Assembly (NCBI GenBank): GCA_018826075.1
Contig: JAHKAJ010000012.1
Coordinates: 1-61,831 of the forward strand
Source: Candidatus Omnitrophota bacterium
GTDB taxonomy: Bacteria > Omnitrophota > Gorgyraeia > Duberdicusellales > 4484-171
DNA length: 61,831 nt
Reading direction: 5' to 3'
The notes beneath the pieces were generated by a model that made no database searches, had not been told where the DNA came from, and worked only from the letters and a program-made list of their open reading frames with translations. Positions within the stretch are counted from its first letter, which is position 1; each line of letters begins with the position of its first letter. Shown here one piece after another: positions 50,102 through 59,700 of the stretch. The position numbers and the translations under genes were made by a program.

Positions 50102-51947
50102 AAAATATATAGTTTTTAGATACCGGTTATTACAGGTGGCTATCGACAGCCTGTTGGTATTTTTTTCTCTATACGGCTCGTATGTTTTAACAGAACAGGC
50201 TTTGTATATACCTAATCAATACAGGCTTTGGTTTTTTAAAACACTTATCCTTATGTTAGTTGTAAGGCTAACCGTTAACAGTTTGTTGGGAGTATACCGT
50301 CAAATTTGGCGGCACGTAAGCCTTGAGGACATCATAAACATTTTTAAAGCGGTCTCTTTAAGTACTTTTACCGCCGTCTTGGTTATCTTTTTATTTCAAG
50401 GTTCGGTTATTAACTGGGCTATATTTTTGGTAGACGCATTATTGTGTTTTAGCCTATTTTCCGGAGCTAGGCTGCTTAGACGCTATCTTATCCTAAAGAC
50501 GGTTAAGCAGAAATCCAAGTTTATTAAGAAAGCAAAAGTTTTACTTTATGGAGCAGGTGAAGGAGGAGATATTTTTATAAGGCAAATCATAAGAGAACCT
50601 TATTCAAAGATATTAATAGAGGGCATTATTGATGATGATTCTCGCAAGCAGGGGGCGATTCTTCATGGCCTAAAGGTCTTAGGTGATAGAAGCAAAGTAA
50701 TTGACATAATAGACCATAAACAGATAGATGAAGTTATTATTACAATTCCTTCAGCCACCAAGCAGCTGATCGAAGGCATTTACAAGGTTTTACAACAAAG
50801 AAACGTTAAAATAAGGACTGTACCTTCTTTGTATGAAATATTAAGCGAGCGGAGAAAACTAACCAATATAAGAGATATAGAGATAAACGATCTTTTAGGA
50901 AGAGAGGCTATGAGCGTAAGTTTTGAATTCCTAGACAAAGCGATAAGGGGTAAGAAATTCTTAATTACCGGAGGTGCCGGATCCATAGGTAAAGAATTGG
51001 TTAAACAAATAACTCATTTCAGTCCAGAAAAAGTCGTCGTTTTGGATATAAATGAAAATGCTATTTTCTGGCTAAGTTATGAACTTTCACAGCTTACCAA
51101 GAAAGATAAGTACTCTCTTTTAATCTGCGACATAAAAAATAAAGAGAAGTTGGACAAGATAATAGAAAAAGAACGGCCTGATTTTATATTCCACGCTGCA
51201 GCGCATAAACACGTGCCGATTTCTGAATTTAACCCTTCGGAAACCGTCTTAGCTAACGTGTTGTGTACAAAGAACTTGATAGAGATAGTAAAAGCTAAAA
51301 AGTTTATTAAAAAATTCTGTTTCATATCTACAGACAAAGCAGTTAAGCCCTCTAGTCTAATGGGGGCGACTAAGGCTATCGGCGAAATTTTGATATTAAA
51401 CGAGGCTAATTTGAATAAAGATAAGCGATTCTGTTTTGTCAGATTCGGCAATGTTTTGGGAAGCCGGGGCAGCGTAATCCCGCTTTTTAAAGAGATGATA
51501 GAAAGCGGCGGGCCAATAAGGGTAACCAGCCCCTATTCAGAAAGGTACTTTATGGGCATCCAGGAGGCAATCAATCTAATATTGCAGGTATCGTTTATGT
51601 CCTCAGAGACCAACGCTTTTTTACTTGATATGGGAGATCCGATAAAAATAGTCGATTTAGCAAAGCTGTTGATAAATATTTTTGGTTTTAATGATAAGAG
51701 CATCGGAATAGAATATATTGGTTTAAGGCCCGGTGAAAAATTAAAGGAGGAGCTATACGATAGAGATCATGAAAAACTTGCCAACAGCCCACACAAAAAG
51801 ATATTTGCTATAATCCTAAATAAAAATGAATATGGCCTAAAGGCAGACGACTTAGCGATTAATAATCTTATAAAAAATGCCAGCAGACATAACGAAGACG
51901 AAGTTATAAAAAAGTTAAAACAGATGTTCCCAACGCTAACTAGATGA
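50094..51947 (+). CDS. Membrane-anchored UDP-GlcNAc 4,6-dehydratase (PglF/CapD/WbpM-like)
   Basis: Four N-terminal TM segments, YGAGEGG, TGGAGSIG, HAAAHKHVP, STDKAV, RFGNVLGSRGSV. Confidence 0.93.
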   Translation: MVEKYIVFRYRLLQVAIDSLLVFFSLYGSYVLTEQALYIPNQYRLWFFKTLILMLVVRLTVNSLLGVYRQIWRHVSLEDIINIFKAVSLSTFTAVLVIFLFQGSVINWAIFLVDALLCFSLFSGARLLRRYLILKTVKQKSKFIKKAKVLLYGAGEGGDIFIRQIIREPYSKILIEGIIDDDSRKQGAILHGLKVLGDRSKVIDIIDHKQIDEVIITIPSATKQLIEGIYKVLQQRNVKIRTVPSLYEILSERRKLTNIRDIEINDLLGREAMSVSFEFLDKAIRGKKFLITGGAGSIGKELVKQITHFSPEKVVVLDINENAIFWLSYELSQLTKKDKYSLLICDIKNKEKLDKIIEKERPDFIFHAAAHKHVPISEFNPSETVLANVLCTKNLIEIVKAKKFIKKFCFISTDKAVKPSSLMGATKAIGEILILNEANLNKDKRFCFVRFGNVLGSRGSVIPLFKEMIESGGPIRVTSPYSERYFMGIQEAINLILQVSFMSSETNAFLLDMGDPIKIVDLAKLLINIFGFNDKSIGIEYIGLRPGEKLKEELYDRDHEKLANSPHKKIFAIILNKNEYGLKADDLAINNLIKNASRHNEDEVIKKLKQMFPTLTR

Positions 51948-51979
51948 ATACATACCAACAGAAGCTTAGCAATGCAAAG

Positions 51980-52705
51980 CTATTTATTTTCCATAAGAAA
52001 AGTTTTTAAGCCTTTAGCTTGCATGATAACCCGAAAAGTCATCAAAATAATTTTGAGGTCATAAAAAAACAACTTTAGGGCAGAATACTGTTTATATTTT
52101 TCAAAGTAGATACTGTCAAGCCGTAAAAGTTTAGAATGCATATTATTTGTATTAAAGGCGTCGACTAAGGCCTGCTGTAGTTTAAGATTCTTTTTGGAAG
52201 CCTGGCATAAACCACACAGGCCAGCTTTTAAATAACGCAGAGAAGGATTATCGGTTTTAAAATGGGTTTTATAGGTAGATATCAGCTGCGGCCGAGGCCC
52301 GACAAAACTCATGTCACCCTTTAAGATATTGAAAAACTGGGGCAGCTCATCAAGGTAGAATTTCGCCAAAAGTTTGCCTACAAAGGTCAATGTGTTTGGT
52401 TTGTATTGAATCGCACTTTGAGATTCATTTTCAGGGTTTTCTTTCACAGTTTTGAGCAGATATCCTTTAACAGTTCGAAATTTATATATCCGGAAGGGTT
52501 TGCCTTGAGAAATTCTTGTTTCGTTATGGATAATTGGGCCTTTTGATGAGGGATTTAAGACATTCTCTAATTCAATAAGGAGAGCTACGAAAAGAAAAAA
52601 CGGTAATATAAGAATAATTCCGGCTAGCGAAGTTAGAATATCAAAGGTGCGTTTTAAGTATTGTTTTTTCACATCTTTCCCTATTTCGTAGGATTTAAAG
52701 TTCAT
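51980..52705 (-). CDS. Stand-alone monotopic phosphoglycosyl transferase (Bac_transf)
   Basis: KRTFD, YKFRT, LDELPQFFNILKGDMSFVGPRP. Confidence 0.88.
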   Translation of the reverse strand: MNFKSYEIGKDVKKQYLKRTFDILTSLAGIILILPFFLFVALLIELENVLNPSSKGPIIHNETRISQGKPFRIYKFRTVKGYLLKTVKENPENESQSAIQYKPNTLTFVGKLLAKFYLDELPQFFNILKGDMSFVGPRPQLISTYKTHFKTDNPSLRYLKAGLCGLCQASKKNLKLQQALVDAFNTNNMHSKLLRLDSIYFEKYKQYSALKLFFYDLKIILMTFRVIMQAKGLKTFLMENK

Positions 52706-52814
52706 AATATTGTAAGCAGCTGGATTAATTGTGTCAATGAAAATAGCAAAAATGACAATTTTGCATATTTTAGGGAGAGAAAAGGCTAAAAAACAGATAA
52801 AAGTTTAATAAAAT

Positions 52815-54245
52815 ATGCTATTTAACTCGTTGCAATTCGGCATCTTTTTTATAATCGTTTATAGTTTATATTTAATTCTTAACCATAAGTGGCAGAATAG
52901 AATGCTTCTTGTAGCAAGTTATGTATTCTATGGTGCCTGGGATTGGAGATTTTTGTCTTTAATCTGGATATCAACCATTCTTGATTATATCTGTGGTATC
53001 AAAATATATGAATCAATTGATTTTAAAAAAAGGAGATTATTCTTATTTCTTAGTATTTTAGGAAATTTGTCTATCCTAGGATTCTTTAAATATTTCAATT
53101 TTTTTGCTGCAAATATTCAGAAATTGTTAGGCTTATTTGGTGTTTCTGTAAACCCTAACTTTCTTAATGTTATCCTTCCGGTGGGAATATCTTTTTATAC
53201 CTTCCAGACTATGAGCTATACCTTAGATATATATCGAAAGCAAATGAAACCCACCCGCAAATTACTTGATTTCGCATTGTTTGTTGCTTTCTTCCCACAG
53301 CTTATTGCTGGCCCTATTGAACGCGCGAAAAATCTCTTGCCCCAGGTGCTAAAAACCAGGAAAGTAACAGTAGAAAAATTCCTTGAAGGTTTCAGGTTAA
53401 TTCTTTGGGGGCTGTTTAAAAAAGTCGTAGTGGCAGATAGGCTTGGTATTTATGTTGATGCTGTGTATGGCAATGTACATCACCATTCAAACATAACTTT
53501 TATTCTTGCAACCTCTTTTTTCGCATTCCAGATATATTGTGATTTTTCAGGCTATTCTAATATGGCCAGAGGGTTAGCAAAAGTAATGGGATTCGACCTC
53601 ATGGTTAATTTTCGTAACCCCTACTTTGCAAAAAACATAAAAGAATTCTGGCAAAGGTGGCACATTAGTTTATCATCCTGGTTGAAAGACTATTTGTACA
53701 TTCCTCTTGGAGGTAATAGAAAAGGATTTTTAAAAACGAATAGAAATATATTCATAACAATGTTATTGGGTGGATTATGGCATGGTGCCAATTGGACTTT
53801 TATAGTCTGGGGGATGCTGCACGGTATTTATATTGTGGGTACAAAGATTGTTCAGGCGGCACTAGAAAAAATTATCAAAGATAAAAAAAGAAATAACATC
53901 ATTAGTAAAATGCTAAATACACTTATTACATTTATTATCGTTTCGTTAGCTTGGATTTTTTTTAGAGCCGAAAATTTAAACGATGCATTCTATATATTAA
54001 GATCTATTTTTTCCTTTCCCGAGTATCTTTTTATAGAAGGAGTTGCTTTGGGCCATATTACATATAGCTTAATGGGGATTTTGGTTGTTATTCTAGTGGA
54101 GTACAGATCGCGCAATAATACAACTGGCGATGTGTTGCAGTTTAAATCAATGGTTGCTCAATGGGCTGTCTATTACCTAGTTATTTTTGGTGTTATATTT
54201 TTTGGTGTTTATGGCGGAGAGCAATTTATCTATTTTCAATTCTGA
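52815..54245 (+). CDS. MBOAT O-acyltransferase (AlgI/PatA-like)
   Basis: LPVGISFYTFQ, FPQLIAGPIER, DFSGYS, FWQRWHISLS, GLWHGANW. Confidence 0.95.
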   Translation: MLFNSLQFGIFFIIVYSLYLILNHKWQNRMLLVASYVFYGAWDWRFLSLIWISTILDYICGIKIYESIDFKKRRLFLFLSILGNLSILGFFKYFNFFAANIQKLLGLFGVSVNPNFLNVILPVGISFYTFQTMSYTLDIYRKQMKPTRKLLDFALFVAFFPQLIAGPIERAKNLLPQVLKTRKVTVEKFLEGFRLILWGLFKKVVVADRLGIYVDAVYGNVHHHSNITFILATSFFAFQIYCDFSGYSNMARGLAKVMGFDLMVNFRNPYFAKNIKEFWQRWHISLSSWLKDYLYIPLGGNRKGFLKTNRNIFITMLLGGLWHGANWTFIVWGMLHGIYIVGTKIVQAALEKIIKDKKRNNIISKMLNTLITFIIVSLAWIFFRAENLNDAFYILRSIFSFPEYLFIEGVALGHITYSLMGILVVILVEYRSRNNTTGDVLQFKSMVAQWAVYYLVIFGVIFFGVYGGEQFIYFQF

Positions 54246-55135
54246 TGAGAAGAAAATTTTTTAAAGTATTAATTTTTATATTATTTTTTCTCGTATTGGA
54301 CAATATATTTTATATGGGATTTTCTTTTTTATATCAAAAATCAAGGTTTAACGCCCTTAAACAAATATTGATGGAAAAACCAGATGTAATATATCTTGGA
54401 AATTCTAAATTTTTAAGCGGCATCATGCCGGAAGCAATAAAACGCGAAACTGGATTAAGTGGTTACAATGCTAGTGCCAATGGCAGCGGAATAGTTTTCG
54501 CAAAGGGCCTCGAGTCTGTTATTTTGTCATATTATCGTCCAAAAATATTTGTAATCCAGGTTATGCCTTTATCGTCAGAAAGAGGTGCAATGAGTCGCCT
54601 TGCTCCTTACTTGCATAATAGCGGAGTAAAAAATCTATTATCTTACTATCCATATAACATTAGAATTAAGTATGGTTTGTTGAAAACCTCAAGATATAAC
54701 TCTATGTTAGTGGTTATCATCAAAGGACTGTTCGGTAAACTTGACTCTCAGTGTGGCTATAGACCTTTGTTCGGTTCATTATCGCAAAAGAGAAGTAGGC
54801 AAGTCAGATCCTCGATAGAAACTAACTTTCCTGCTCAATTTGGCGAAACCCTATTAAGAAATTTTATAGAGGAAGCGAGAAGAAACCAGGTGGAGATAAT
54901 TATGGTTGAAATGCCTATATTAAAACAAGAAAAAAACGATGGTTATGATACCTATGGTAATTTTGCTAAAATTTATAATATCCCATTGATAAACTTATCA
55001 AAAAAAAGCGATACATGCCTACAATCAACCAAGGAATATTTTTGGGACAAGTTTCATTTAAATAATAAAGGGGTTACGGTATTTTCGGCGGTACTTGGTG
55101 AAGAAATAAATAAATTTATAAAAAATAACCCATAA
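54245..55135 (+). CDS. SGNH/DltD-like extracytoplasmic partner of the MBOAT
   Basis: N-terminal anchor, YLGNS, GYNAS, C-terminal FWDKFHLN (DxxH) motif. ATG overlaps the MBOAT stop. Confidence 0.75.
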   Translation: MRRKFFKVLIFILFFLVLDNIFYMGFSFLYQKSRFNALKQILMEKPDVIYLGNSKFLSGIMPEAIKRETGLSGYNASANGSGIVFAKGLESVILSYYRPKIFVIQVMPLSSERGAMSRLAPYLHNSGVKNLLSYYPYNIRIKYGLLKTSRYNSMLVVIIKGLFGKLDSQCGYRPLFGSLSQKRSRQVRSSIETNFPAQFGETLLRNFIEEARRNQVEIIMVEMPILKQEKNDGYDTYGNFAKIYNIPLINLSKKSDTCLQSTKEYFWDKFHLNNKGVTVFSAVLGEEINKFIKNNP

Positions 55136-55446
55136 TCCCTCCGTTTGATTATTTTTATCTAGTCTGGTTGAGGGATAGATTTTAGCTTATTCTTGCTGAC
55201 TCTGGAGACATTCAGCAAGAGGCCTCTTTATGGCAGAGCATGGGGTGTTGGGAGGTAAGCGGATGACAAGGTTAATGTTTTGTATAAATTGAGATGGAGA
55301 ATTAAAGGCGACGATAGAGACCGACTGTAAAGAATAGCGGGATGCTAAAGAAAATATTTACTTTTATAGAAAATAGCAGGATAATGAAAGGTGATAATTT
55401 TAAAAATTCTTTTTGCGATAGTGAAATAAACTTTATTTGATAAAAG

Positions 55447-56751
55447 ATGAAAGCAGTTACTTTAAAAAGTCGGGTTACAATTTTACTTACTACATTCTCT
55501 ATTTTGACTATCAGCATTTTTATAGTTATCCAGCTGACTCACGAAGTAAAATTGGTAAGAAAATTTAAGGAAACGCAAGCCCAAATAGTTTCTTTAGCTA
55601 TCGGAAATACCTGGGATAAAATCATGACCCTTTCTCAAGAACCAGAAAAAAGAATGGAACTGCTTAAGAAAAAAATAACCGCTCTCAAAGATTCCCAGAC
55701 GATAAATAGTGCTGAGGTATTGAATCCAAAAGGCGAGGTTATTTTTTCTACTCAAGAATGGCGCCAGGCCCAAAAAGGAAGCTATGAAGACCTATCAGCA
55801 ATCAGAAAATTAAGTCAGCCCGGAGCAGAAGAGTCAGAAAGCGCAATTGATAAAGCCTCCCAAACCTTTTCTTTGTATATTCCTTTAAAGGGAGAAAATG
55901 AGCTGCAGTTTTTAGTTAAGGCATCTTTTTCTTTAGCCGTACTCCAAGCAGCCCTGCGCGGTGTCTATCAACCGGCAATCATTGTCGGCATTCTTTTGGT
56001 TATGGTTAATCTGGTTTTGGGAGTTTTCTTAAGCCGTTTGGTAGTTAACCCGATAGGAATTTTCAATGAAGCTGCCAAAAAAATTGCTTCCGGACGCCTA
56101 GATTTAAGAGTGAATATTCTTACTGGTGATGAACTCCAGGAATTAGGGGAGACTTTTAACTTTATGACTGAAGAGTTGATCCGGATGAAAGATAAGGCGG
56201 AGAATGCCAACCCTTTGACTAAACTCCCCGGCAATATCGTAATTATGGAGGAAGTGACTAAAAGAATCAAAGCCGGTAAAAAATTTACGGTTATTTACTG
56301 CGATTTGGATAATTTTAAAGCTTTTAACGATAAATACGGAATTCATAAGGGAGACGAGGCGATTATGATGACCGGTAATATTTTTAAAGAAGCAGTCAAA
56401 GCTAATGGGGCCAGCGATGATTTTATCGGCCATGAAGGTGGAGATGATTTTCTTTTAGTCACAATTCCTGAAAGGACTCAAGCCATCGCCGACTATATAA
56501 CTTCCGAATTTGATAAAAAGGTAAGAGTTTTGTACAGTAAAGAGGATTTAGACCGCGGCCATATCGTGGCTCATGCCCGGGACGGTTCAGTAAAAGAATT
56601 TCCAATCATGGCCATATCTTTAGCCGGAGTAACTAACGCCCATCGCCAGATAAATAACTATGGAGAAGTAACTAATATTGCTGCGGAGGTAAAGAAAAAG
56701 GCTAAAAAAGAACCTGGCAGCTGTTTTGTTTTAGATAAACGCACCTCTTGA
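55447..56751 (+). CDS. Membrane diguanylate cyclase (TM-periplasmic-TM-HAMP-GGDEF)
   Basis: HAMP (DELQELGETFN), NPLTKLPGN, DLDNFKAFNDKYG, GGDDF. Confidence 0.9.
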   Translation: MKAVTLKSRVTILLTTFSILTISIFIVIQLTHEVKLVRKFKETQAQIVSLAIGNTWDKIMTLSQEPEKRMELLKKKITALKDSQTINSAEVLNPKGEVIFSTQEWRQAQKGSYEDLSAIRKLSQPGAEESESAIDKASQTFSLYIPLKGENELQFLVKASFSLAVLQAALRGVYQPAIIVGILLVMVNLVLGVFLSRLVVNPIGIFNEAAKKIASGRLDLRVNILTGDELQELGETFNFMTEELIRMKDKAENANPLTKLPGNIVIMEEVTKRIKAGKKFTVIYCDLDNFKAFNDKYGIHKGDEAIMMTGNIFKEAVKANGASDDFIGHEGGDDFLLVTIPERTQAIADYITSEFDKKVRVLYSKEDLDRGHIVAHARDGSVKEFPIMAISLAGVTNAHRQINNYGEVTNIAAEVKKKAKKEPGSCFVLDKRTS

Positions 56752-56798
56752 AGCAATTGAAATGAAGGTATTTTGGGTAAGACCGGAACGCCCAGGAA

Positions 56799-57008
56799 TT
56801 ATTTTTCCTTAGGAAAAGGAACCTTTAGGGCGGTAAGTACTAATTCTTGCTTCCCTAATTCAATCGACAATTTCTTCGAAGTTTCTTTTTCATCTGTGCT
56901 GGTGGCAGCGTTTTTTGAGACCTCTGCCGGCGGGCTGGAATTGGCAATCAGAGCTATCCCGCTAATTAACCCAGCAAAGCATAATATCGCTAGTAAGTTT
57001 TTCATCAT
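56799..57008 (-). CDS. Small exported hypothetical protein
   Basis: GGAGG SD before ATG 57008; signal-like N-terminus. Confidence 0.55.
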   Translation of the reverse strand: MMKNLLAILCFAGLISGIALIANSSPPAEVSKNAATSTDEKETSKKLSIELGKQELVLTALKVPFPKEK

Positions 57009-57031
57009 CTTACCTCCAATTAAAGGATACC

Positions 57032-57484
57032 ATGGAATCAGGGAAATGTCAAGATTGTAACTCATTGAACGAAAGCAAGTTAGGTATAAAAGCCCTTGCC
57101 AGCTTCTATCTCTTCTTGGTTTTTCTCTATTTTTTGCCTTTGGCTATTTTTTCTACCCGGATGGTCTTTCTAGGTAAAACCTTGCCGGTTTTCGAGAGTT
57201 TTTTAGTGAACTTGGCCTCTTTATGTTTCATGTTTTTTATCTATTTACTGATAAAACGCCTAAGCCGATTAGGATTTTTGTTGGCCCTGGCTCTACACAG
57301 CTTCTTTTTTACTAACAATCTTTTTTTGGTCTATGGTAAAACCGCCATCTTGGCAATAGAAGGGTTGCTGCCGGGAAACTACCGGTTTAAACTACTTTCG
57401 GTTTTAGCCGCAATAGCCATTAATTTTTGGATTATCTTTTACCTGGTTTTCAATAAACGCTGTTTTGTTGACAAGCCGAAATAA
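57032..57484 (+). CDS. Hypothetical 4-TM membrane protein
   Basis: Four hydrophobic segments. Confidence 0.65.
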   Translation: MESGKCQDCNSLNESKLGIKALASFYLFLVFLYFLPLAIFSTRMVFLGKTLPVFESFLVNLASLCFMFFIYLLIKRLSRLGFLLALALHSFFFTNNLFLVYGKTAILAIEGLLPGNYRFKLLSVLAAIAINFWIIFYLVFNKRCFVDKPK

Positions 57485-57495
57485 TTTGCTATAGT
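57468..57495 (+). promoter_or_regulatory. Promoter for the TPR-PilZ-barrel-OPX unit
   Basis: TTGACA-16 bp-TATAGT with extended TG. Confidence 0.6.
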
Positions 57496-57518
57496 AAATG
57501 TATATATAATTTAAGACT

Positions 57519-59264
57519 ATGAAAATCGTGAAGATATTTAAGCCGTTTTTGCCTTTGATCATTGCCTTTTTCGGGGCGGTGATTTTCTTTGCAAGTTATA
57601 ACCATTATCTTTTGGATAGTTCCCTGGTTAATCTTAAACTTTCCTTAAAAAATCTTGATGATAGCGGCAACCTTCAGGAAGTGAAAGGTATTTTGGACGA
57701 TACCTTTCTTCAGGAGATTTCCAGAGACAGTTTTGACCTGGCTGCGGCGATAAAACTAGAAATTTCAACCCAGTTGATAAAAGATCTTCCTGAGCCAGAA
57801 CAAGTGGTAAATGAAAAATATCTCCGTAATCTGAATTCAGCCATGAAGATAGACCTTTCCGAAGCAATGCTGAGAGAAAATCCCAATCTTGCCCAGATCA
57901 AAGATGCTAAACACTTTATTAACGAAGTGATCGAAGAGAAATCTAAAGGAAAGTTTTTTCTGGTTTCTAAGATAGAAGATGCTTTGGTTGCTTTATTTCC
58001 CAAAAAGCGAAAGGTAGCCGAGGGCAAAGTCTTGCCGAAAATAGACGAGCTCAAGAAAGACCTTTCTTCCTATCAAGGCCCCCAGCTTCAGGAAAAATAC
58101 CTGGAAATAGCCCGATTATATTTAAGAATAAAAGACCTGGATAACTCCTTTAAAAATGTTCAGGAAGCTATAAGGCTGGGACCGGATACCCCTTCCGGAT
58201 TAAAAGGGGTTTTTTATTTAGGAATTATTTATAAGGCCAAGGGTGATTTCCAACAAGCTTCGGCAACTTTTAACCAAGTAAAAAATAAGCTTTCCGGAGA
58301 ATGGAAAGTTTTTTCTTCTTACCAAGAGGCCACCGCAGTGATTAAATCCGGAGAAATGACCAGGGGTTTAGCTTTGCTTGAAGAGATTTTTGGGAAAAAT
58401 CCTTCTTCAGAAATAAGTCAGCTTTCTTTATTCCTGGCCGGCCACATCTATCTCCATGATTTGAATGACCAAGTAAAAAGTCGGGAGATATTTAATAAGT
58501 TAGCCAAGGAAACTTCCGGCAGTAAATTAGGGCAATATATAACCTATAAGGTTAATGAAGATGTCAGCGCTAGCTATATTAAGAAAGGGTTTAATTTATT
58601 AGAGGCGTTCACTTTGTTAAAGCAGAGCCGTGAATCTTCTGACGAGCGAAAGTGCATTGAGGCCTTAGAGATGTTTAATCTGGCTCTGGAAACTATACCT
58701 AATGAGGCTTTAGCTTACGGTGGTAAAGCCTTAGCCTTTTATTTTCTAGGCAGATCCGAAGAAGCCTTAAAGGTGGCAGAAAAATCTAAAGAGTTGAGTT
58801 CGAAAAATTCAGAAAACATAGCGATCTTAGGCTTCATCTATTACAATCTAGGGATGATGGATAGGGCTATTGCCGAGTATAAAAATATAGCTAACAAAAC
58901 AACTTCTAGTATAGATTTTTATAACTTGGCGACCCTTTACGCTTTAAAGAATGACTATTCAGAGTCCGAAAAAGCTTTTCGGAAAGCAATAAAATTTGAT
59001 CCGGAATTTTCCGAAGCCTATAACAATCTAGGGTATGTCCTATGGCTCGGTGGAAAATATACGGAGGCAAAAGATTTTTTTAAAAAATCAATCAGTTTAA
59101 ATTCTGACTATCTTGACCCGCACTATAATCTAGGGGTTGCTTTATATGCGGCCGGAGACTACGAAGGGTCTAGAAAAGAATTCCTTTACATAGATAAAAT
59201 CAATTCGGGTTATAAGGCAGTAAAAACTTACCTAGCAAGGATCAAAGAGAAATTAGGCTATTAG
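57519..59264 (+). CDS. N-anchored tetratricopeptide repeat protein
   Basis: N-terminal TM segment; repeated TPR patterns (YNLATLY, AYNNLGYV, HYNLGVAL). Confidence 0.9.
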   Translation: MKIVKIFKPFLPLIIAFFGAVIFFASYNHYLLDSSLVNLKLSLKNLDDSGNLQEVKGILDDTFLQEISRDSFDLAAAIKLEISTQLIKDLPEPEQVVNEKYLRNLNSAMKIDLSEAMLRENPNLAQIKDAKHFINEVIEEKSKGKFFLVSKIEDALVALFPKKRKVAEGKVLPKIDELKKDLSSYQGPQLQEKYLEIARLYLRIKDLDNSFKNVQEAIRLGPDTPSGLKGVFYLGIIYKAKGDFQQASATFNQVKNKLSGEWKVFSSYQEATAVIKSGEMTRGLALLEEIFGKNPSSEISQLSLFLAGHIYLHDLNDQVKSREIFNKLAKETSGSKLGQYITYKVNEDVSASYIKKGFNLLEAFTLLKQSRESSDERKCIEALEMFNLALETIPNEALAYGGKALAFYFLGRSEEALKVAEKSKELSSKNSENIAILGFIYYNLGMMDRAIAEYKNIANKTTSSIDFYNLATLYALKNDYSESEKAFRKAIKFDPEFSEAYNNLGYVLWLGGKYTEAKDFFKKSISLNSDYLDPHYNLGVALYAAGDYEGSRKEFLYIDKINSGYKAVKTYLARIKEKLGY

Positions 59265-59292
59265 CTTTAAGTAAGTATTTCCAAACCCAAAA

Positions 59293-59670
59293 ATGTTTAA
59301 AAAGAAACCACAATATAAACGAAGATTCGTACGAGTGAGTTTGCATTGCCTCTTGAAATACGAAAAACTTGAAGGCCAACAGGTATTGTCTTTCGCCCGT
59401 AATATAAGCGCCGGAGGTTTGCTGTTTCATAGCCAGGAGCAGGTTCCGGTTGGCGCCACCATGAGGCTGAAGCTGAATTTTCTAAATCATCCCCAGTCGA
59501 TTTCAGTGATCGCTAAGGTATTGCGAACCAGAGCGCTAAAAAAACTCGGCGGGTTTGATGTGGCGGTAGAGTTTATCAATATCGAAGAAAAGGACAGGGA
59601 CTACATCAATCGAAGACTTTTGGATATTGCTGAAATTAAAAAGGATCGCAGTGAAGATAGAAAATATTGA
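59293..59670 (+). CDS. Stand-alone PilZ domain protein
   Basis: RRFVR and NISAGG c-di-GMP-binding motifs. Confidence 0.9.
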   Translation: MFKKKPQYKRRFVRVSLHCLLKYEKLEGQQVLSFARNISAGGLLFHSQEQVPVGATMRLKLNFLNHPQSISVIAKVLRTRALKKLGGFDVAVEFINIEEKDRDYINRRLLDIAEIKKDRSEDRKY

Positions 59671-59700
59671 TCGGTAGGCTTAAAGCCTTTAAAGGGGAAA

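Noticed and set aside
55198-55210. CTCTGGAGA resembling a glycine riboswitch aptamer start
   Set aside because: The rest of the aptamer (ACCGAAG, CTCAGG) is absent.
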